A stretch of DNA of 64,000 nucleotides from Squalus acanthias (lineage: Eukaryota): NCBI GenBank assembly GCA_030390025.1, contig CM059432.1, forward strand, positions 117,492,001 to 117,556,000. Reading direction: 5' to 3'. Under the pieces are notes generated by a model. It had not been told where the DNA came from. It did not search any database and saw only the letters and a program-made list of their open reading frames with translations. Position 1 is the stretch's first letter. Each line of letters opens with the position of its first letter. Shown here piece after piece: positions 37,163 through 46,422 of this stretch. Made by a program: the position numbers and the translations under genes.

Positions 37163-38840
37163 TGTAAGGGATTCTGACCCTGCGTGTCTCGCAGCCTGTG
37201 AGATTCACGCGGCTCTGTGCAGCCTGTATGTCAGTGCGGGTCTAGGCCTTGTTGCCTGTTCTGGTCTCCAGCCAGTCTGGGAACACTAGACACACCTGTG
37301 AGTGGTTCGAATCACTCGCCCTTACGGTTCTAGACACTGGACTTAGATGCGAGAGCAGTAATGGAGATGAAACTCATGTAGACTCGGTTGAATGGTACGA
37401 AATGGAAAATCTTTATTGCATGATATTTAAGATTATGAAATACATGTCATAAGCACAGATTAATGACAGTACAATCTTACAAGCAGTTATATAGCTGATC
37501 CTAGGGAAACGAGGAACGAACGACACACCGTAAATAGGGGCACACATTACAAGTATCCTTAATACTTAAACCCTCCCCTATCAATATCTATCCTAACTAG
37601 ATTCGTAGGATTTCGAGACTCATGCTCACCACTCGTGATAACTCGGAGAAATTCCGAATAGCTGATCGGATGTTTTTCACCGCAGCACCCACGTGTCGGT
37701 CAGGAGATCTCCTGGTCCCACTTGTTTACTTGCTTCTGCTCCGGCTAGCAGGCTGGACCGTCTGCTGTGATGAAGACCTGTGTTGGTTGGTTTAACAGGT
37801 ACTTTTCCGAGCACAGTTCACAGATTAGTCAATATCATCGATGATGAACCGTTCTTGCAAGTTCGAAGAAGTCTCCCTGGCAAGGAAAACTTGGCTATTC
37901 GACCTACAGGCGCGGTCGGGATTTACTGACCGTGGCGATGAGTATGGTCTTCCTCTCTTCTCATCTCATCTCATCTCATCTCATCTCATCTCGGGCCTTT
38001 GGTTCCGCTGCCAGTTACCAACATAGGTCTTCGTTACGCGACACGAGGTAGATCCGAACGGATCAGAAAGTTCGACAGTCTTTTTCAAAGAGGCACCAGG
38101 CAAGCAGGAACCCGACTACGAGTCAAAAACACAGGAGCAGCCACGAGGTTACGAATCGATCGGATAAGAGCATAAGAGCGCAGGAGCAGCCACGAGGATA
38201 AGAGAGAGATGGACGGTTTGGAGCCTGCAATTATAGTGCAAAATCTTCCGTTTCCCGCCCAACCTTAATGTCCTTTCTTTTGTTAGGGTCTGGCGCTCAA
38301 ATGTCTTGTATGGGTGATCTCCGTTCTTAATGGGTTTCGGGGCTACTCGTAAATGTCTGAGTACCTGTTAATATTTCTCCCATTGTTAAATCGGTCGGTG
38401 TTCTCCCTGGAGGGGTTTTTGGGGCTTCCAAGTGTTTTGTATAACTACCTGCTAACGGCTCTCTCATCGTAGAGTCGTTGGGATTTTACATATTAATGTC
38501 TTTTGGATGGGCCCTTGATTACTCGGTACAATAGCTTTCATTCGTACCTGGGAGACCGATTTCAGTATTTATGTGTATACTGCAAACCCATAATGTCTCG
38601 TGTATTATCTTCACTGTGCTGAATCTTAATCGATCTTGCACAAATGTTTATTGGAACGCCATCTTGTCTGCCTGTCGAAAAATCTAGAATGTTCTGTCAC
38701 GAGGTGCGGCGGCCATTTTACAGGCTGCTTGTGTCCACTTTGAAAAACCTGGCAACATTCTGCTGAAATAAAAGCTGTTTGAACGAAACTCTGTGTTTTC
38801 TCCTTATTAAATAAAATCGCGATATATTGCGAATTCTACA
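37163..38840 (-). repeat. 3' LTR (1678 bp)
   Basis: Direct repeat of 48230-49908. Minus-strand AATAAA at 37412-37417 and TATATAA at 37487-37493; (TCTCA)n at ~37960-37990. Confidence 0.96.
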
Positions 38841-38853
38841 GTCCCTCCTGTTG
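38841..38853 (-). promoter_or_regulatory. Polypurine tract
   Basis: Minus strand AACAGGAGGGAC directly precedes the 3' LTR TGTAG. Confidence 0.7.
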
Positions 38854-39292
38854 ATGCGAATAACTCCGCTTATCGTATCAAAAATCATAGTGGTGAGCAA
38901 TATTATCTCGATTTCTCTCCGAATCCAGCAAATTAATCCCATAAATTTTAACCTAGCTAGGGTCTCTGTGTCGTCCTTATTTCCCAAGAAAATTACATTT
39001 TATATCACCGTGGGCCTTATTTGCCCTTAAACTTACACCACTTGTTTTCCTTCCCGGCGTAACCAGGCCGATGCCTCTCGTATCACCTGTATATTCATCT
39101 TTTATTCAGGGAAAGGAAAACAAAACCCAAAACCAAACAATCATTTTTAACTGTAACACCATCACCCAAAATAATCAACACCAACTCTTAAAACATGTCA
39201 AGTTCCCAAACGTATTTACAATCTTTGAAAATCATGATCGAGTACAAACTTCCGCGGCGCACGTGGCGAGCGGGAATGACGCCATTTTCCGA

Positions 39293-41644
39293 TTACACGG
39301 TGCTTTCATCGTGCACGCGAACGTAACGTTCTCGCCACTCTCCCGTGTTTTCATGCTTGGTGAGGCGTTTGTCTCTTTTACAATGTACGACCAATAGGTA
39401 CACTACAATAAACACTTGACATACGACTAAAATGTGGGAGGCTATTCTGATCCATGAAGGCACTTCAATATTGGTGAACAGATTCCACCACGGTGGAATT
39501 ACTATATCCAGAATGTCTGTTCCTATCTCGATAGTTTTCTGTTCTAATGTGTAAAAATGTTTCTGTGACACCGCGACGGCTTTTAAAAGTTTGGTGAGGT
39601 GTTCAGGGAGAGGGGGAATGAGGTATCCGAAATGCGCGACGAATCGTTGCAAGTCGGTGAAATTCTCTTTTACTGTGAGATGAACAGTGGATGGTTCAGG
39701 GATTGGGATAATTCGCTGTTGTGCTACTTGAACTTCCGCCCTGGGTTTAAAACAGAAACTGCTGTCACTCACCGGACACCGGCTACGGTTTCCATGCTGG
39801 TAGTGTTGCGCTGCAGTGGTAACACAATATGTTCCACCCCCGATGTATGCTACCTGCGGAGGCACATGATCTTGTGCCATTGCCTCCATGGTGCAATTCA
39901 TGGACTTGGCGCCAGTCGTTCTGAACCCGCACTGTGGTGTTAAAAAGGCATTCAAGTGCTGGGGGCACAGTATTATGTGTGCTCCCCTGCCACGACAACC
40001 AGAGAGATCTGTACCTGTCATCGTTTGCTCCCAGGGGATGACGTAAGGTGGAACCGCTGCATAACGAATGTGGGCTCCCCCCTGAATGACACCAATGTTC
40101 TCTACCCGATACACCGGGGCGGGCTTTGCTGTGTCGCCCAAAACCGGCATGCGTAATACTATTCCCATAATAGTATGGTTTGATCGTCCGCAGTCCACGG
40201 GGACTGGGTAAGCTTCTGAAGCTAGCCTGAGCTGGCACGGACTTAATGCGTTCTGAAAAGGGTGGAGCGCCCGCAGGTGTTTGTTACTTATCCAGGACGG
40301 GACCAAACCTTGTTTTAAATCCTCCAAATTACTGCGGCCCTCGCCCAGTAACCACGCCCCGTAAAGCACGCACACCTCGTTCTGCGCAGCTTGATCGGAT
40401 GCATTCCGATCTTCCCTAATCAGGGCATTTACCGTCTTTGCATGTTTCTCCAACTCTGCTATAATTTCCTTTAAATGGAGAGTCATGGCTTGGTCCTCGT
40501 GTAAACCCGACCCTACCACTTTATTCTCATCTGTTAGAATGTCTTTTAATTGTGTCTTTAAACCATTAATCTGGGTCTGCAGCTCCACACTGTCTAGAGC
40601 GTTGACCACAGATGTACCCGTGTTAAAAGCAGTGAACGCATCGTTCACCAAACCCCTTCTTTGCCTCCCTACTTGATCCAAAACTTCCTGTGGTGCGGTG
40701 TACAAACTTGTTTTATCAATTTCCGCGAAATCGAATTCGTAAAATTGTCTGAACATCTTGGTCAACAGGACCTGATACAACTGTTCCGTCTTTTTGGGGC
40801 ACCACTCTGGTAACCGCACCTCGGTGAGATTTAAAATCACCGAGGCCACCGCGTAATGTACCCCCTGAAATAGTATCTGGTCTGTGGGGACCAGTACCAA
40901 ACCATTCCCGGGTCCCTTACTAGTTTTAGGGCACCCTTCTTCCTCAGCTAGAACCACCGGAATCGTGGGCGGGGCTTTGCGTGGGCGCGTAATGAGCTCA
41001 GTGGCATTTACTGGGATCGGGGAGAATGGGGCTCCGCACCCCCTGGTGCTCGCATCCCACCTCATCCCCTGTCCGTTATCCTGCCATTGATTAATGAAAA
41101 ATATGGAGATGCCTTTGGGGCAAACGTACTTTGACCCCCACATACATACATAAATTCCCTCGTCCGGTTCCCACCATTTGTCCCAACAGACTTTCACTTG
41201 TCCGTTTGTCCCCGTAATTGTCCGATGGGTATTATTACCCAGTCGTTCCCACTCGACCGAAGAGTTCCTCATAGTTTTGCTCAGCTTTCGCAGCCACCAC
41301 CATCGGCTCAATGGGACATTCCCACTACAAGTCAAACAAATCCGTTTGCCGACGGTGACGCTGATCCTGGGTGCGATGATCCTTACTTTGGGGCACATTA
41401 AAGAAGTCTCTTTGTAGGCAAACCCCGATGTGCTAGAATACTCCGTTGAGTTCGTTCCCAGCCATCCTGGCCACCTTCCCTTGTGGAAATAGGTGCTGGT
41501 CTCCTCTGCCTCCCGTCTTCCGGTCCCATCCACCGCGATGGGGGCCGTGTCCCCGGAACATCCAAACACCACGACATCCTTGGTGCGGCCTCGATAGGCC
41601 AATCCACATCCGATTGCCGCGAGCAATACTAGAATTCGTTCCAT
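39293..41644 (-). CDS. env: Envelope glycoprotein (783 aa from the likely ATG): signal peptide, Ig-like domain, furin site, class I F-like fusion subunit, TM anchor
   Basis: MERILVLLAAIGCGLA signal; RQRR|GLVNDAFTAFNTG; heptad region; Cys-rich block; hydrophobic IASHILVVCQVFIVVYLLVVHC; several N-glycosylation sequons. The ORF is open from 41827. Confidence 0.88.
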   Translation of the reverse strand: MERILVLLAAIGCGLAYRGRTKDVVVFGCSGDTAPIAVDGTGRREAEETSTYFHKGRWPGWLGTNSTEYSSTSGFAYKETSLMCPKVRIIAPRISVTVGKRICLTCSGNVPLSRWWWLRKLSKTMRNSSVEWERLGNNTHRTITGTNGQVKVCWDKWWEPDEGIYVCMWGSKYVCPKGISIFFINQWQDNGQGMRWDASTRGCGAPFSPIPVNATELITRPRKAPPTIPVVLAEEEGCPKTSKGPGNGLVLVPTDQILFQGVHYAVASVILNLTEVRLPEWCPKKTEQLYQVLLTKMFRQFYEFDFAEIDKTSLYTAPQEVLDQVGRQRRGLVNDAFTAFNTGTSVVNALDSVELQTQINGLKTQLKDILTDENKVVGSGLHEDQAMTLHLKEIIAELEKHAKTVNALIREDRNASDQAAQNEVCVLYGAWLLGEGRSNLEDLKQGLVPSWISNKHLRALHPFQNALSPCQLRLASEAYPVPVDCGRSNHTIMGIVLRMPVLGDTAKPAPVYRVENIGVIQGGAHIRYAAVPPYVIPWEQTMTGTDLSGCRGRGAHIILCPQHLNAFLTPQCGFRTTGAKSMNCTMEAMAQDHVPPQVAYIGGGTYCVTTAAQHYQHGNRSRCPVSDSSFCFKPRAEVQVAQQRIIPIPEPSTVHLTVKENFTDLQRFVAHFGYLIPPLPEHLTKLLKAVAVSQKHFYTLEQKTIEIGTDILDIVIPPWWNLFTNIEVPSWIRIASHILVVCQVFIVVYLLVVHCKRDKRLTKHENTGEWRERYVRVHDESTV

Positions 41645-41934
41645 CCTTCCTTGGTTCCTGTGATCAGATAGAATGAGGTAGCCAGCCTCGCAAGAGTCTC
41701 TGGCTTTTGTGAAGGGTGAGCGGGTCCCCTGACCTCGCCTCACGTAAACTTCCACGTTCGCTGTATAAACTTTAACTAAACCTAATTTTAAAGCTCCCAT
41801 CATTTTATCGTCTTCTGTTAAAAACACTACAATCTTAACCTTATTAAAAAAACTATAAACTTAACCTTGAACTATGAACTTAAGACTTAAAACTTATAAC
41901 TTTACAGTGCCGCCCGTTCTCAGGGCGGCCCCCT

Positions 41935-44900
41935 TTAAATTCTGAGAAGGCTGCTGCGAGCTCTTCCCGACGGTGGGAGGGCACTGACCCTTCCCTCTGA
42001 TCTGCCGCAGCCTGTTGCTGCTGCGATGTGGCCGGCCTGTATCTGGGTTGCCTTAACCTTAAGTCTACGCCTTGGGGCAGTCTGGGGACATGACCACATC
42101 CTCCTGGGCTGGGGTTCTCTACTTGACCTACGGGGAGTTGCCATGGGCGGGGGTTCCGTGACTGACGGACCGGGTTCCGAGACTTCCATCGGGACGACCT
42201 GGGGTTCCACCACAGTCGCTGGCTCCGCCTCCGCTGACTCCGCCTCCCTAACCTCGGGGCTCGCAGTTTGTGGCTCCGCCCTGCTCGGCCCAGCAGGCGG
42301 CCCTTCACTCGTGATCTCTGCCTCCCCCGAGGACGGGACGTTCAAAGCGGGCGGCTCTGTCTCTGGGTTCCTCACCGTCACTCCCTGTGCTCCCACAGCG
42401 GCTGGCCCCGCCTCCCCTAGCTCCTCCCTCCTGTCTTCGGGACCTGCAGCTTGTGTGTCCACCCTGTGTGGATCTCTATCTGCAGCCCGTATTCTCCCCA
42501 TATCGAAAACGGGACCGTTCCTCCAAAACCACTCGTCGTCATCACTATCCTCATCTGACTCGAGTTCCCTGAATTCTCCCTCATCTAACTCCCAATTCCA
42601 GAAAAACGCTTCATGATCTTCCAGGATGTCCCCTCCCCTGATGCAAGCTGCTATGCCTGCCTGTGTGCCTTGTGGTCCTACCTGGGGCTGTGCTTTCCCA
42701 CTGGCGGGATTTACCCCTGTAGTTTTCCCTTGCGCACCTGGCTTGTACAGTTTGCATTGGCTTACGTGGAACCACTTAGTGCGCCGAGGTACTTTTACAG
42801 CGTAAACCATGGGACTCGCCTTGTCTACAATGTTGTAGGGTCCCATATACAGTGGTTCCAGACTCCCTACTCTGGCGTAGTTTCTGACCATGACCTGGTC
42901 TCCTACTTCCCACTCCCGCGTTTTGCGGGGTTCCAGCAACAAGCGATTGCCCTGATGCTGCCTTCCCATGTTCCCAGCCGCCTGCTCATAAACCTGCTTC
43001 AGGCGCTCCAAGAGAGTCTGGGCGAACTTGTCCCTGCTTATCTCTTGGAGCTGACCCTCAGTGAGCACCGGCGCTAGCACATGGGTGGGGGTTCGCATGA
43101 GCCTCCCAGTCATCACCTCGTGCGGGGAGTACCCCGTACTTTTTGACTGACTGGCCCGGACCCCCATGAGGACTAAAGGCAGAACTTCCGCCCATTTTTG
43201 GGGCGAGTTCCTAGTCTCTTTCCTCAATTTCTCCTTCAGGGTCCGGTTCATGCGTTCAACAATCCCGGATGACTGGGGATTGTGTGCTACGTGCCACTTC
43301 CCTTCAATGCCCAAAAGCATGAGGGTGTTCTGCATCACCTGGCCGGTGAAATGACTCCCTTGGTCTGACTCCACAAAACGGGGAAGTCCCCACCGCGAGA
43401 ACACTTCCCGGACCAAGATTTTTGCTGTACCCAGTGCCGTAGCTGTTCGACAAGGGAAGGCTTCCACCCACTTGGAAAACACATCCACCAGGACGAGGCA
43501 ATATTTATAGCCTCCCTGGGTTGTGGGCAGGGGTCCTATATAGTCGATCTGTATCGACTGCCATGGTCCCTCTACCCTTCTTACGTGCCCCATGGGCACC
43601 TTCCTTTTCTGGGGGTCTGGGTTGTTTGCAGCGCACACAAGACAGTTTGCACAGAACTCGCGGACTTGTTCCCTGAGCCCTGGCCACCATCCCGCTTGCT
43701 CTACCCGTTGCCAGGTAACCTCGGGCCCGGGGTGCCCTGCCCCTGGTCCCTCGTGAGCCAACTGGAGGAATTCCCTCCTGTGCTGCTGCGGCACAACCCA
43801 CTGCTCCTCGCGGAACAGCATGCCTTCCTTAACTGAGAGGGTTGCCGTACTGTACGGACCTTCTACCTGCCTCCCCTCAGCAATGGTTTTTAGGACTGCT
43901 TTTAGGGCGGGATCCTGGGCTTGGACGGTCTTAAGGTCTAGGGGCAATGCTACCCTGGTGTTCCCGGGATTCCCGTCCCTGCCTCGGATCGCTGCTATGG
44001 GTCTGGTCCCATAGGGGTCCCAGAAAATGCCGTTGCGGGCACCTTCCCTGGCTAGCGCATCCGCCTGCTGGTTGCCCTCCCCACGGGGCTCTGTGGAGGA
44101 GTGAGCTTTCACCTTATGGATGAAAATCTCTCCTTCCTCCCCTACTGCTGCTGCTAAGATCTTTTCCAGCAAGGGCTTCACCGTTAAAGGTCGCCCGTCC
44201 GCGGAGGTGTATCCACGGCGGGACCAAATGGCCAGGTATTCCGTACACGAATTGCAGGTGAACATACTGTCCGAGCAAATCGTGTATGGGGTTGGGAAAA
44301 TGTCTGGGTGGGTAACAACGTACACCACGGCAGACAGCTCAGCCTGCTGCGCGCTCATGGTGCTAGGGAGCTTGATCGCCAGGGCAAGGTCTGCCGCAGG
44401 GTCATAAACTCCACACCCTGTGAGTCGCTCGCCAGCAGATACTGTGCTAGACCCATCAACATAAATCTCGCGCCCAGTGGGATGTATCCCGGCCCGTAAA
44501 CCTATGTTGACGTCCCACACCCCTTCCACCGAACACCGGTGGGCTGTACCGGGGTATACCAAATTGGCCGCAAGCCTGGGCTCGCAAAGACCTTTTACTC
44601 TAAGATCCAACTGGGAGAGAAGAAGGGTCCAACGCGCAATGCGCGCGCTGCTTACGGTCCCATCTTTAATCCTCCCATCCAGAAGCATCTTAGTTGGTGT
44701 GTGATGTGTGAGGAGAGTGATGGGAGAGAGCCCTGTGAAGATCGCTGATCTTTTCACAGCCCAATGCGTGGCTAAAAGGTGCCTTTCGCAATTGGAGAAA
44801 CTTCTCTCCACATCCGTTAACACCCTGGATGAATAGACAACCGGCCTCAGCTTGCCGTGACGCTCTTGGAGCAGTACGGCGCTTAAGCTGTCTCCGCTGG

Positions 44901-46416
44901 CAGCTACCTCCAGGAAAAACTCCTTCCCCCCATCTATGGCCCCTAAGGCTGGCGCGGTCTGCAGATCCCTTTTTAACTTCTCGAAGGCTGCTTGGCAGCC
45001 CTCGTCCCAAGACCACTCCACCCCCTTATGGAGGAGTCGGAGGAGCGGCGCTGCTGTGGCCGCATAGTCTTCGATAAAATCCCTGCAGTAACCGGTCAGT
45101 CCCAAGAAGGACCTCACACCCCTTACGTTGTTGGGAATCGGTAATTCTTGCACCGACTCCCTCCTTGCTTTGTCTATGGCTCTTTCCCCAGCGCGTATGG
45201 TCAGTCCCAGGAATTTTACTTCCCGCTGACCGATACGTGCTTTCTTAGGATTTATTTTAAAACCCTTTCTCGCTAGCAGCTCCAATAACTCATCCAGTAG
45301 TGGTCCATGCTCCTCCCTTGAGTCCGTAAATAGGAGCAAATCATCCACATACTGCACTATCTGATTGGGCTGACTAAACTCCTTTAAACTTCCTGCCATA
45401 CACTGATGGAAAATACTGGGGCTATTGTGGAAACCCTGTGGCAGACAGTTCCATGTGTACTGTTGTCCTTTGAAAGTAAAGGCAAACTTGTACTGGTCCT
45501 CTCGCCTCAGCGGGATGGACCAAAAACCGTTCGAGATATCCAGCACCGTGAACGTGGTCGCGGACGCTGGGATGCTCCCTATTAGGTCAGCAACTGCTGC
45601 TACCGTGGGCGCGCAGGCGGGAATGTTACTGTTAAGGACTCTGTAGTCCACCGTGGCTCTCCACGAATTATCCGGCTTCCTAACCGGCCATAATGGGGAG
45701 TTCACATGTGTGGCTATCGGCCTCAACACGCCCTGCTGCACCAAGGAGGACATTGCTGTCTCCATATCGGGTTCTGCTTCTTTGGGGAAGTTATACTGCT
45801 TTTGGGGTCGGGTCATGGGGTCCCCATCTACGCTGACCTCAAACCCGACAACCCTCCCACAATCGTGCTTGTGGGTTGCAAACGCGTGCATATTATCTGA
45901 CACGTACGTTTGCATGTCCGTTGGGACATCTGCGACCATAAGCCTGAGGTCGTAGCCTCCGGATGGCTGTACGGTACACAGGACCCCTGTTTCTTCCTCC
46001 CCCGGAATCACTATTACCTCGCCTTTTTCACCCTTAGCCCCCCAGAGACAGTGATTTCTGAGGTCCACGAGGATCCCGTGTCCCGATAGAAGATCAGACC
46101 CGAGAATACCTCTTCCACCCCCCTCCTGCCATTCCATCAGTATACACTTCCACTTAAGGTGAAGTGCTCCTAAACGAATGGATAGCGGAAGGGAGAACGT
46201 GCCAGCCTGTTCTTTTCCTGTGAACCCCGCTAACGTGAATGGGACCCTGGTGGATAGCGGCGAGTCAAAAGGGCTATCTGTATGGATTATGGTGCAAGAA
46301 GCTCCCGTGTCCAACAAATAACTACCCCTCTGTTTCTCTACCTCCATCTCCACCAAAGGTCGCTTCCACGCATCATAGCTAAGCGGACACAGGTAGACGG
46401 GCTGCGCGGGTTCTAG
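41935..46416 (-). CDS. pol: Pol: protease, RT, degenerate RNase H (tether), RNase H, integrase, C-terminal extension; in frame with gag
   Basis: LLDTGA; LDISNGF, LPQGFHNSP, YVDDLL; YVDGSS/QQAEL/SDS/GNQQAD; HHCC, QIDYIGP, SDQGSHF, IVERMNR, GPY. Confidence 0.95.
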   Translation of the reverse strand, partial: LEPAQPVYLCPLSYDAWKRPLVEMEVEKQRGSYLLDTGASCTIIHTDSPFDSPLSTRVPFTLAGFTGKEQAGTFSLPLSIRLGALHLKWKCILMEWQEGGGRGILGSDLLSGHGILVDLRNHCLWGAKGEKGEVIVIPGEEETGVLCTVQPSGGYDLRLMVADVPTDMQTYVSDNMHAFATHKHDCGRVVGFEVSVDGDPMTRPQKQYNFPKEAEPDMETAMSSLVQQGVLRPIATHVNSPLWPVRKPDNSWRATVDYRVLNSNIPACAPTVAAVADLIGSIPASATTFTVLDISNGFWSIPLRREDQYKFAFTFKGQQYTWNCLPQGFHNSPSIFHQCMAGSLKEFSQPNQIVQYVDDLLLFTDSREEHGPLLDELLELLARKGFKINPKKARIGQREVKFLGLTIRAGERAIDKARRESVQELPIPNNVRGVRSFLGLTGYCRDFIEDYAATAAPLLRLLHKGVEWSWDEGCQAAFEKLKRDLQTAPALGAIDGGKEFFLEVAASGDSLSAVLLQERHGKLRPVVYSSRVLTDVERSFSNCERHLLATHWAVKRSAIFTGLSPITLLTHHTPTKMLLDGRIKDGTVSSARIARWTLLLSQLDLRVKGLCEPRLAANLVYPGTAHRCSVEGVWDVNIGLRAGIHPTGREIYVDGSSTVSAGERLTGCGVYDPAADLALAIKLPSTMSAQQAELSAVVYVVTHPDIFPTPYTICSDSMFTCNSCTEYLAIWSRRGYTSADGRPLTVKPLLEKILAAAVGEEGEIFIHKVKAHSSTEPRGEGNQQADALAREGARNGIFWDPYGTRPIAAIRGRDGNPGNTRVALPLDLKTVQAQDPALKAVLKTIAEGRQVEGPYSTATLSVKEGMLFREEQWVVPQQHRREFLQLAHEGPGAGHPGPEVTWQRVEQAGWWPGLREQVREFCANCLVCAANNPDPQKRKVPMGHVRRVEGPWQSIQIDYIGPLPTTQGGYKYCLVLVDVFSKWVEAFPCRTATALGTAKILVREVFSRWGLPRFVESDQGSHFTGQVMQNTLMLLGIEGKWHVAHNPQSSGIVERMNRTLKEKLRKETRNSPQKWAEVLPLVLMGVRASQSKSTGYSPHEVMTGRLMRTPTHVLAPVLTEGQLQEISRDKFAQTLLERLKQVYEQAAGNMGRQHQGNRLLLEPRKTREWEVGDQVMVRNYARVGSLEPLYMGPYNIVDKASPMVYAVKVPRRTKWFHVSQCKLYKPGAQGKTTGVNPASGKAQPQVGPQGTQAGIAACIRGGDILEDHEAFFWNWELDEGEFRELESDEDSDDDEWFWRNGPVFDMGRIRAADRDPHRVDTQAAGPEDRREELGEAGPAAVGAQGVTVRNPETEPPALNVPSSGEAEITSEGPPAGPSRAEPQTASPEVREAESAEAEPATVVEPQVVPMEVSEPGPSVTEPPPMATPRRSSREPQPRRMWSCPQTAPRRRLKVKATQIQAGHIAAATGCGRSEGRVSALPPSGRARSSLLRI

Positions 46417-46422
46417 TCATTG
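46413..46422 (-). promoter_or_regulatory. Stop-codon readthrough signal CAA-UGA-CUAG at the gag-pol junction
   Basis: Single TGA between in-frame gag and pol, followed by CTAG. Confidence 0.8.

Noticed and set aside
37300..37317. tRNA gene around GGTTCGAATC
   Set aside because: No cloverleaf or matching acceptor stem; treated as an LTR U5 motif.
37249..38026. Short ORFs inside the LTRs (duplicated at 48316-49093)
   Set aside because: Antisense to the element, under 70 aa, no motifs; duplication simply reflects LTR identity.
41645..41827. env start at 41827 (844 aa)
   Set aside because: Non-ATG start; the hydrophobic signal peptide and a splice acceptor point to the ATG at 41644. The upstream Mets are not formally excluded.
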